The notes under the pieces were generated by a model, which worked only from the letters and a program-made list of their open reading frames with translations, was not told the origin of the DNA and did no database searches. The translations under genes and the position numbers were made by a program. Shown here in pieces: positions 44,826 to 51,371 of a stretch of DNA of 51,371 bases. Origin of the DNA: a virus (taxonomy: Duplodnaviria; Caudoviricetes); IMG/VR virus record IMGVR_UViG_3300032239_000452, positions 1 through 51,371 of that record. One strand, given 5' to 3'. How positions within the stretch are numbered: the stretch's first letter is position 1; every line of letters begins with the position of its first letter.

Positions 44826-45071
44826 TCAGCAATTCCAAGCCCGAAGGCTCTTGTTTATACGCGAATTCGGATCTTTGGCCGTCTTCTCGCTGGTAAGTTT
44901 TTTCTTCATCCCACTCATCCTTGCGCAGAAAGAGTCGCGCCTGCTGCCGCCTTCCGGCTGGGGAGGTTTCAAATTCATTCCTTGCTTTTTGGCTGAGGCG
45001 CGCCCCTTGGCGTTCAGGCCGCCATTGGGGTTCTTGCCTTCCTTGCGAGTCCATGCTGGTGACTTAGCCAT
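44826..45071 (-). CDS. small basic protein
   Basis: AW.RKEGKNP.GGLN.KGR, SFCARM.GM, DPNSRINK.LR.W.C. Confidence 0.8.
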   Translation of the reverse strand: MAKSPAWTRKEGKNPNGGLNAKGRASAKKQGMNLKPPQPEGGSRRDSFCARMSGMKKKLTSEKTAKDPNSRINKSLRAWNC

Positions 45072-45363
45072 AAAACACCGTAATGCCAGTAACAGAACCC
45101 ACGCTTAGTGTAAGGTACAGCCCAGTAGAAGCCAAAATACCTTCACCGGGAACTGGTACAACAAATGTATTAGGTGTACTAAGGCTTGCTATATCCATAG
45201 TGTACAAAACATCTGCCGTAGAACTACCATTACGAATTTCAAATGTCGCGGCGGTAGATGCTTTGGGAGAAACAATAAACCCTTTGAGCCGTATACGCCC
45301 CACGTAATAAGAACCCGCAGCGCTAAGGTGCCCGCTTTTAACGTCCGTTTGCATCATAATCAA
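45064..45363 (-). CDS. virion-region hypothetical protein
   Basis: MQTDVK start, PGEGIL, TVFYG end; AGGAG RBS suggests a start near 45357. Confidence 0.7.
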   Translation of the reverse strand: MIMMQTDVKSGHLSAAGSYYVGRIRLKGFIVSPKASTAATFEIRNGSSTADVLYTMDIASLSTPNTFVVPVPGEGILASTGLYLTLSVGSVTGITVFYG

Positions 45364-45375
45364 TCTCCTGTAAAG

Positions 45376-45393
45376 CAGGGGCCGAAGCCCCTG
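45376..45393 (-). terminator. C(UUCG)G hairpin with only a short U run
   Basis: Minus strand CAGGGGC-TTCG-GCCCCTG between 45401 and 45363. Confidence 0.5.
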
Positions 45394-45400
45394 AGATTAA

Positions 45401-46102
45401 TTAGTCGAAGTTACCGTAGGGGTAAGTCGTCAAACTGCCGATGTTGTTGTCCGGCTGGGTGTACTGCAAGGTGAAGTTGAGCTTACCTGTCAGGGACGTA
45501 CGTGTGTCCAGCGCAGTGCCAACGATAGCCACGGTAATCACTACTTGAGACAGGCTGGGGTAGCCGTTGCCTTGGGTGATATCAGTCGAAGCAGCTGACT
45601 GGTTGGCGATTTGTGTGGCGGTGAACGTGGCCAAAGCTTGGCGACCAGCAGTGCTGATTGCGCCAGTTGCAAAGTACGCAGCGGTACCGGCAGCAGCCGT
45701 GTAGTTGTTGGACACGTAGACAGTAACCGATGACAGCGCAGCACTGCCGCCAGCAACGGCAAGTGCAACACCCAAGTCAACATAGATGTTGTCCAAGTCA
45801 GCGCCTGCGGGCAAGTACATAACCGCGCCACGGTACACGTTAGTTGCGGTGTCTGCGGGGATGGTTTGAACTGTCGGGGGGTAAGCCGTTGCGCTGGGTG
45901 TATACACAACACCGTTCACATTTGGTACACCGTTTGATGCTACAAATATGCCCGATCCGCCCGAATAGGTGGATGTGCCAACCGTTGTGTTGGAAAAATC
46001 TAAATCAACGTTTTGAACTAGCTGCGAATAACCTACGTTACGCAGGGGGCCAAAACGGTTATCGCCCGATAAAATCGGGCCTTCAAATGTGGAACGTGCC
46101 AT
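45401..46102 (-). CDS. putative capsid decoration / minor structural protein
   Basis: MARSTFEGP start; Thr/Ala/Ser beta-rich; downstream of the capsid gene. Confidence 0.6.
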   Translation of the reverse strand: MARSTFEGPILSGDNRFGPLRNVGYSQLVQNVDLDFSNTTVGTSTYSGGSGIFVASNGVPNVNGVVYTPSATAYPPTVQTIPADTATNVYRGAVMYLPAGADLDNIYVDLGVALAVAGGSAALSSVTVYVSNNYTAAAGTAAYFATGAISTAGRQALATFTATQIANQSAASTDITQGNGYPSLSQVVITVAIVGTALDTRTSLTGKLNFTLQYTQPDNNIGSLTTYPYGNFD

Positions 46103-46185
46103 GACAAAAAGTCCTTATGCAAAAGTCCCGTTACCAATTGTTGCATCATCTGCTGGGGCAGTCCGGTAACGGTAATCACCCAGAT
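46103..46185 (-). ncRNA. structured leader RNA with H-type pseudoknot (candidate Mu-gpT-DE-like motif)
   Basis: Interleaved complementary pairs 46179-46183/46153-46157 and 46165-46172/46128-46135; lies downstream of a gpT-like capsid gene; the family name is recalled, not searched. Confidence 0.55.
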
Positions 46186-46191
46186 ATCTGC

Positions 46192-46219
46192 AATATACAC
46201 TATTTTTGGGCCGTGTCAA
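46192..46219 (-). promoter_or_regulatory. sigma70-type promoter
   Basis: TTGACA-16 nt-TATATT on the minus strand, just upstream of the structured leader. Confidence 0.7.
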
Positions 46220-46220
46220 C

Positions 46221-46601
46221 ATGCCGTACAAAGATCCAGCAAAACGCAAGGAAAAAGCCAAAGAGTACTCGGCCAAACACTACGCCGCTAACGCCAAAGA
46301 ACACAAGACACAGGTAAAGAAAAACAGGAAAGCGAGTAAGGAAAAATGGAACGCATACAAAGCAACCCTGATGTGCAGCCAATGTGGGATATCACACCCC
46401 GCCGTTATAGATTTCCACCATCCCCCCGGTACAAAAGAATACGGTGTCCACGAGTTGGCGCAGGACGGCCGGTTCAAAAAAGCGTACAAGGAAGCCGAGA
46501 AGTGCGTAATCCTGTGTGCTAACTGCCACCGAATACACCATCATAACGAGCGCCTAGCCAAGAAAATGGGGGCCGAAGCCCCCACGGATTACTCACTGTA
46601 G
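46221..46601 (+). CDS. HNH endonuclease (antisense insertion, probably homing-type)
   Basis: CSQCG, DFHH, EAEKC.ILCANCHRIHH; only + strand gene within the structural arm. Confidence 0.85.
   Translation: MPYKDPAKRKEKAKEYSAKHYAANAKEHKTQVKKNRKASKEKWNAYKATLMCSQCGISHPAVIDFHHPPGTKEYGVHELAQDGRFKKAYKEAEKCVILCANCHRIHHHNERLAKKMGAEAPTDYSL
46567..46584 (-). terminator. intrinsic terminator
   Basis: Minus strand TGGGGGC-TTCG-GCCCCCA followed by TTTTCTT. Confidence 0.7.
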
Positions 46602-46610
46602 TGAGTAAAT

Positions 46611-46916
46611 TTACGCAGCGACTTCTTCCTCTTCGTCTTCTGCCTCGTCTTCGTCGTCCTCAAGGTCGACTTCAACCCAGTCATCTTCGTCGGCGTCGTA
46701 CATGTACCAAACGTCGTTTTCTTCGTCCAGCCAATACGCATTGCCTTCTTCGTCGTAGGAATACTCTTCCTCGTCTTCTTCGTCCTCGGCTACTTCTTCG
46801 TCAATGCCTTCCATGCGCTCAACGAAGCTGGCCATAGCCACGGTCTTCCAAAATTCGGTGGTGTTGAATTCAACTTTCTCGCCAAAACCAAAATCAATAG
46901 TCAACGTAAATTCCAT
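46611..46916 (-). CDS. highly acidic small protein
   Basis: Start moved to MEFTLTIDF after AGGGG; 44 of 101 residues are D/E, 3 are K/R. Confidence 0.75.
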   Translation of the reverse strand: MEFTLTIDFGFGEKVEFNTTEFWKTVAMASFVERMEGIDEEVAEDEEDEEEYSYDEEGNAYWLDEENDVWYMYDADEDDWVEVDLEDDEDEAEDEEEEVAA

Positions 46917-47004
46917 GATATTCCCCTGTAAAAATGGTGCAGCACGGCGCTGCAAAAGCATCCTACCAAGAATCCCGGGAGCTTGTGTGACAGTTTTTGG
47001 ACAA

Positions 47005-47028
47005 TAAAAAAGGCCCCCGAAGGGGCCT
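47005..47028 (-). terminator. intrinsic terminator after the major capsid gene
   Basis: Minus strand AGGCCCC-TTCG-GGGGCCT followed by TTTTTA; a second hairpin lies at 47031-47052. Confidence 0.85.
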
Positions 47029-47052
47029 CCAAGTAGGGGTAAACCCTTACTT

Positions 47053-47964
47053 TTAGTAAGAACCAGCCGAGCCGTAGATGCCCAGAGGATCAGACCAGCC
47101 GAAGCTGTAACGCTCACGAGACTTGTAACGGACGTTGCCGGTATCGAAGTCGCCGTCCATGCTGTTTTGCAGGGCGATACGCTCGAAGTGCTTCAAACCG
47201 TTAGGTACGTCTGTGGTCAGGAACCAAGCGTTGGTGTCGGTCAAGAAGTGGTTAACGGTGTATCCCTCGGGGATCGAACCGTTGTTCTTCAAGGCGTTGA
47301 TGTCGTTGTTGTTTGTACCAACGCGCAGTTCTGTTTCCAGCAGGCGGGTAGCAACGAACATCAAAGCAGGCGGGATTACCAACTTGCGAGGCTTAGCAGC
47401 GATCAACAGACCACGCTCGTCCGTCCAAGCAGCGATCTGGATAACGGCGGCTTCCAAGGAAGTCTCGTTCAAATCAGCCGCAGTAGCGGGAGTGTTGCTG
47501 TTGGTGCCACCATTGACCAGCGGGTGAGCAGTGCTGAACAGAGCTTGGCCGTCGCCGCCAACGTATTGGGACGAGAAACCGTTGTTCAAAACAGCAGCAG
47601 CTTTAACCTGCTTGGTGTACGCCATAGCACGGGCCAGACCTTTGGTGTAACGAGCAGACAGGCTGTCGTACAGGTTGTCCTCAATCGCCTCTTCGGTGAT
47701 CGAGAAGCCCAAGGCAATGGTCTCGTGGTTGTAGCGAGCAGTCCATGCTTCCTGTGCATTGTCGTAAGCGATGGCTTGGCCCTCGTTCTTGACAGGTGCA
47801 GCAGAGAAACCAGACAGCTTGGTCTCTTCTTCAAAACTACGCTCCGATGTCTCGGTTTCGTAGATTTCTTTATGCTCTTCGCCGTAGCGGGCATATTCCA
47901 GACCAAACAAAGCGTTAAGTCCGGGGAGCAGCTCTTTAAGTAGCTGTGCGCGTGAAATAGCCAT
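47053..47964 (-). CDS. major capsid protein (Mu gpT-like, HK97 fold)
   Basis: MAISRAQLLKELLPGLNALFGLEY, GGDG..LFST.HP, GDFDTGNVRYK.RERYSFG; strong RBS; follows the scaffold gene. Confidence 0.88.
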   Translation of the reverse strand: MAISRAQLLKELLPGLNALFGLEYARYGEEHKEIYETETSERSFEEETKLSGFSAAPVKNEGQAIAYDNAQEAWTARYNHETIALGFSITEEAIEDNLYDSLSARYTKGLARAMAYTKQVKAAAVLNNGFSSQYVGGDGQALFSTAHPLVNGGTNSNTPATAADLNETSLEAAVIQIAAWTDERGLLIAAKPRKLVIPPALMFVATRLLETELRVGTNNNDINALKNNGSIPEGYTVNHFLTDTNAWFLTTDVPNGLKHFERIALQNSMDGDFDTGNVRYKSRERYSFGWSDPLGIYGSAGSY

Positions 47965-47977
47965 TTTAAGTTACTCC

Positions 47978-48838
47978 TTAGGCGTTGGCGGTAGCGTTGT
48001 AGTACATGTGCTGGCCAAAGTTAATTTTCACCAGAATCTCGGGATACATGGTGAAAGCAACATTGGAACCACTGGGGATTGCAGTGATTGCGGTGCCAGC
48101 GTTCGGGATCGACGGTGTTGCGTTCAAGGTAGCAGAAGTGCCGCCAGAAGCAACCGCGCCAGTCACGAAAGTACCGGTGGGAACCAACAAGCCATTGGTG
48201 TTGGTGTAGCTAACTTCAGCGCCAGCCAAGACCGCGCCGGACACGCCGGTAGTCAAGGTAACAGACGTTGTCGAAGAACTACCAATACCGCTGTAGCTGT
48301 AGGCTGTGTCTGTTTGCAAACCAACCACACGCAGCGGGAAAGTGCTGGTAGTGGCGGGGCTTGCGGTCAGACCCAAAGCTGCGATAGCCGAGTTACCAGT
48401 AGCGGTGCTACCAGTGTTGTCAACCAATTGCATGTTGTAGCCAATAACCGGAGTGCTTGCCGAGGCAATGGTTGTACCAGACGACACGACGGCAATCTTG
48501 AAGACTGTGTCAGGATCATCGGTAACGATTGCAACTGCGTCACCAGCCAAGGTACCAGCGGGCCAGTACTGAGCAAAGGTCTTTTGCTTGGTAATGGGGT
48601 TGGTATAAGAACAGCCAAGGAAAACGCCCACTGGGATTTTGCCGGATGCGAACGAGTTTGAAGTCAAAGTCGTGCGACCAATAAAGCCACCAGTTTGGTA
48701 AACCAAGTCACCATAGAAGATACTTGTGTTGTATCCGAATGCAATGGGAAGGTTACGGGTAGAACCCGCGAACACTTGCCCGCCGATCAGATTGACCGGC
48801 TTTAGCCCGTAAGGGGCCGGAACCGTAGGATATGCCAT
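47978..48838 (-). CDS. capsid-associated (cement/decoration-like) protein
   Basis: PYGL.PV, IFYGD.V, GVF.GC.Y, DDPD..F; lies directly upstream of the capsid gene. Confidence 0.65.
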   Translation of the reverse strand: MAYPTVPAPYGLKPVNLIGGQVFAGSTRNLPIAFGYNTSIFYGDLVYQTGGFIGRTTLTSNSFASGKIPVGVFLGCSYTNPITKQKTFAQYWPAGTLAGDAVAIVTDDPDTVFKIAVVSSGTTIASASTPVIGYNMQLVDNTGSTATGNSAIAALGLTASPATTSTFPLRVVGLQTDTAYSYSGIGSSSTTSVTLTTGVSGAVLAGAEVSYTNTNGLLVPTGTFVTGAVASGGTSATLNATPSIPNAGTAITAIPSGSNVAFTMYPEILVKINFGQHMYYNATANA

Positions 48839-48849
48839 AAAAAACTCCG

Positions 48850-49299
48850 TTATTTAGAACCAGAACCAAATGTTGCACCACGGGATGTAGACGATTTACG
48901 GTCTGCAAACAGCGGCATACGAGGATCACTTTGACGCATGAAGTTATTGTCCACCGATTCCATCTGAGCTTGATTCTGCTTGGCATAGTATTCAGCAATG
49001 GATTTGGCGCGTTCCGTTGGCATCTTGCACAACATGAGCCCACCTACTTCAACATTGCCGCTTGTATTACCAGTCAGCATCAACTCTGGATGATCCACTG
49101 CCTTCACGGGTTCCCAGCCATCGCGCATCTTACGAGACACGTTGGTCGGGTCGGCCACACTCAGGACTGCGGTTGCAACCCAGCGAAATGTGTAACCCGG
49201 GATAGGGGTTGGGTCAGGCAGAGTACTCGACGGTTTGTACTCGTAGCGAACTTCTTTTTCGCGCGACACGAGGTCACGATTTACGCGGTCATTAGCCAT
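48850..49299 (-). CDS. head morphogenesis hypothetical protein
   Basis: LP.P, FRW, D..NVS...R.GWEPV, GGL.LCK. Confidence 0.65.
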   Translation of the reverse strand: MANDRVNRDLVSREKEVRYEYKPSSTLPDPTPIPGYTFRWVATAVLSVADPTNVSRKMRDGWEPVKAVDHPELMLTGNTSGNVEVGGLMLCKMPTERAKSIAEYYAKQNQAQMESVDNNFMRQSDPRMPLFADRKSSTSRGATFGSGSK

Positions 49300-49300
49300 A

Positions 49301-50230
49301 TTAAGCCTCCAATTTCATTACTTGAGCAGCGTACTGCTGCGGGGTTAAACCAAACTTTTTTGCCAACGCCATTTGCGTTGTAGTCAGCTTGATCTTTCCT
49401 GTCGCGGTTGAGCGCGACGCTGAAGCAACTACCGTTGACGGTCTTTTAGCGGCTGTGGCCGAAGATTTTCTCTCAGTTTCGCCGAATAACTCGGGGAACG
49501 CTGACTTCACGCGAGCGTTAATTTGCTCGAAATACTCATCGCTGCTCGGGCTTACGCCAGAGGTGACTAGTTTCTTATGCAGCCCTAGTGCGTAGCTGGT
49601 GTACTCTTCGAACCCCGGGGCACCGAACCACTGGTTTTTTGCCTGCCAGCGCAGGGATTTTTCGTCCGGTTTGTCCGCTTGGGGCGCGGATTGTTGCGTT
49701 TGTACAGCAAAATCGTCGTCCTGTAAAGGGGTTGGACGATAATTTTTTACCTGTTCAAGCTTAAGTTTGGCATCCATGACCGCCTCTTGGTGGTACATGA
49801 TGTCATCTGTATTGAAGGATTCCTGCGCTTCGCGCAGTTTTCGGCGGGCTTTGTCTAACTCTAGCTCCGCTTTCTGTTTAGCCGCTTCGACTACCGCTTC
49901 CTGACTCTTATTGACGTTGGTCTTCAAGTGCTTGTTTTCGGCAATCAGCTGCTGAGCAAGGCGTTCAAGCTCCTGCTTTTCCCGCAAAACGGCTTCCTTG
50001 CTACGGCGTTCGTCGTGCCGTGCGTGGGTCAATTCCTTGATGCGGTTCTTTACTTTGTCTGAGTAGGACTCAATTTCTTCGTCCGTTGGGTCGGCGACCT
50101 CATGACTTAAAGGCTTTCGGCCTCGGTCACGTTCTGGGGTATCGTCCTCAATTTCGATTTCAATTCCAGCGCCATCATCTACTTCGATGTTGGTGTTTTC
50201 CACCTCGTCGGGAAACTTAAACTCGTTCAT
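49301..50230 (-). CDS. capsid scaffolding protein
   Basis: Acidic N-terminus, long coiled coil, W...N.WFG, C-terminal LT..Q..LAKK.GL...QYA. Confidence 0.7.
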   Translation of the reverse strand: MNEFKFPDEVENTNIEVDDGAGIEIEIEDDTPERDRGRKPLSHEVADPTDEEIESYSDKVKNRIKELTHARHDERRSKEAVLREKQELERLAQQLIAENKHLKTNVNKSQEAVVEAAKQKAELELDKARRKLREAQESFNTDDIMYHQEAVMDAKLKLEQVKNYRPTPLQDDDFAVQTQQSAPQADKPDEKSLRWQAKNQWFGAPGFEEYTSYALGLHKKLVTSGVSPSSDEYFEQINARVKSAFPELFGETERKSSATAAKRPSTVVASASRSTATGKIKLTTTQMALAKKFGLTPQQYAAQVMKLEA

Positions 50231-50239
50231 ATCTACTCC

Positions 50240-50674
50240 TTATGCGCGGGTAATTCCGCGTGGGTCGTCCACCACCGCATCGACTTGATCGTCGTTGATG
50301 AGGCGGAACTCTTTGCCGTAAATCTTGAGGCGTGTACCAGAATAGGTACGTGCGACCACAAAATCTCCGGGTTTGCACCAAGCTCCACTGGGGAATTTGG
50401 CGGGGTCTTTGTACGCATCCGGGCCTACTTTCAAGACAAACAGCACCGTGGTGGCGTGTTCTTCCTGACGGATGTAGGTGTCGGGGCGCTCCAGATCAAG
50501 CTCGGTACCGGACAGTTTTGTCGATACATCGGGCAGCACACATAGCAGCTTGTAGCCTGTCGGCTCAGGTAGCATGGTGCCTTTTTCTTCGGCAGTCTCG
50601 TCTTCCTCTGGTTTTTCGCGGGGTTGGATACTCGCTGGAAGGCTAAGACCGGGGGGCAAAATGATATTACTCAT
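50240..50674 (-). CDS. groES: GroES-like co-chaperonin
   Basis: P.GYKLL, VLKVGPDAY, WCK.GD.V, YSGTR, EFRLINDD. Confidence 0.8.
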   Translation of the reverse strand: MSNIILPPGLSLPASIQPREKPEEDETAEEKGTMLPEPTGYKLLCVLPDVSTKLSGTELDLERPDTYIRQEEHATTVLFVLKVGPDAYKDPAKFPSGAWCKPGDFVVARTYSGTRLKIYGKEFRLINDDQVDAVVDDPRGITRA

Positions 50675-50861
50675 CTGATTTTTCGACTTTCTCTGCAAGG
50701 TCAATGACATAACGCTCTGCAACGGCTAGACCTTGAATAACGCCGCAGAGTTTTTGATACTCATCAAAAGTTCGACACACACCTCCCGCCAAGTCGTCCG
50801 CGTAGTTGTTCATGTCTTTACGTATTTGGTCGCGCAATACGTTTGCGAATTGTTGAATCAT
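50667..50861 (-). CDS. hypothetical protein
   Basis: 64 aa; LA.G....F.EY....G.I.GL pattern, between portal and GroES. Confidence 0.65.
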   Translation of the reverse strand: MIQQFANVLRDQIRKDMNNYADDLAGGVCRTFDEYQKLCGVIQGLAVAERYVIDLAEKVEKSDE

Positions 50862-51371
50862 TGGCTAGGTTCGCCTTTCTTAAAAGTTGCAATGTGCTGC
50901 AAAGCGTCTTTTCGCAGGGCGGCTTCGTCCTGTGCTTTGCTCCGTGCAATGTCGATGCCCATGCGGACACCTTCCCGTTGCTGGGTTGCGGCCATATCGG
51001 CCCGTTGTTTCTTGATCTCGGCTCCAACTTTCATCGAGCCAAGCTGTAGGTTGCCCGAGATCTTCTGCTGCTCCAGCCTGAGCTGGTCGGCCTTGTGCGC
51101 CATGTCTGCGGCCAGCTTGGTCGCCTTGAGCTTGAGATCTTCTTGCTTGATCTGCAACTCTTGCTGCTGCATCTGCACCAGCGGATCTTGGGCTTGCTGC
51201 TGAGCTTGCGCCTGCGCGGCTTGGGCTTGGTCTTGCTGCAACTGCTGCTGGGCGGCTTGGGCCATCATGTTGGACAGCGCCAACTCGATTTCTGGCGGCA
51301 GATCCTCGTCGTCCGGCGGCAGGGCAACGCCCATTTGCTTCTCGATGTTCTGGCGCATTTGAAAGCCAACG
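50858..51371 (-). CDS. portal protein, C-terminal part (truncated by window edge)
   Basis: Gln-rich helical tail with QDP..QMQQ.EL; upstream of GroES, scaffold and capsid genes; reading frame is open to the edge. Confidence 0.65.
   Translation of the reverse strand, partial: VGFQMRQNIEKQMGVALPPDDEDLPPEIELALSNMMAQAAQQQLQQDQAQAAQAQAQQQAQDPLVQMQQQELQIKQEDLKLKATKLAADMAHKADQLRLEQQKISGNLQLGSMKVGAEIKKQRADMAATQQREGVRMGIDIARSKAQDEAALRKDALQHIATFKKGEPSQ

Noticed and set aside
47031-47052. AAGTAGGGGTAAACCCTTACTT palindrome as a REP-like repeat family
   Set aside because: Only one clear copy was found in the window; noted only as a hairpin beside the capsid terminator.
47135-48661. 258-aa and 217-aa + strand ORFs opposite the capsid genes
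   Set aside because: Expected antisense openness from biased codon use in highly expressed genes.
1-51371. tRNA or rRNA genes, integrase/att sites, alternative genetic code
   Set aside because: No cloverleaf or rRNA-like stretch was seen in the short intergenic gaps, no recombinase motifs were found, and genes tile densely under the standard code.

Overview
This window holds most of a tailed dsDNA phage genome with podovirus-like architecture. The gene set resembles uncultured freshwater phages of Proteobacteria; the host is an inference. The + strand (1-13.6 kb) carries small modular early genes, a glycosyltransferase, VRR-NUC, a family A DNA polymerase (Leu762 type), PD-(D/E)XK and HNH nucleases, an SNF2-type helicase, a putative SSB, an HTH protein and a DUF927-type primase-helicase. 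The - strand (51.4-13.5 kb) carries the portal C-terminus, GroES, scaffold, major capsid protein, a cluster of tiny basic proteins, adaptor, nozzle and tail-fibre genes, a 2OG-Fe(II) oxygenase, lysis genes and four probable internal/ejection proteins ending in an LPD38 polyvalent protein. Four signals stand out. (1) A 1409-aa protein carries a ~490-aa extensin-like Pro/Ser tract plus a Hint domain, in a genome that also encodes a glycosyltransferase resembling plant/algal hydroxyproline-arabinosyl and serine-galactosyl transferases. (2) An [FMLY]-x-x-G-G motif occurs about 18 times across 8 probable internal virion proteins and may be a processing or packaging signal. (3) The early genes are built from repeat-bounded cassettes whose ends encode the next gene's RBS. 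(4) A pseudoknotted leader RNA lies downstream of the capsid gene. No tRNA, rRNA, CRISPR array, integrase or terminase was seen. All family calls come from motif recognition by eye, not from searches.
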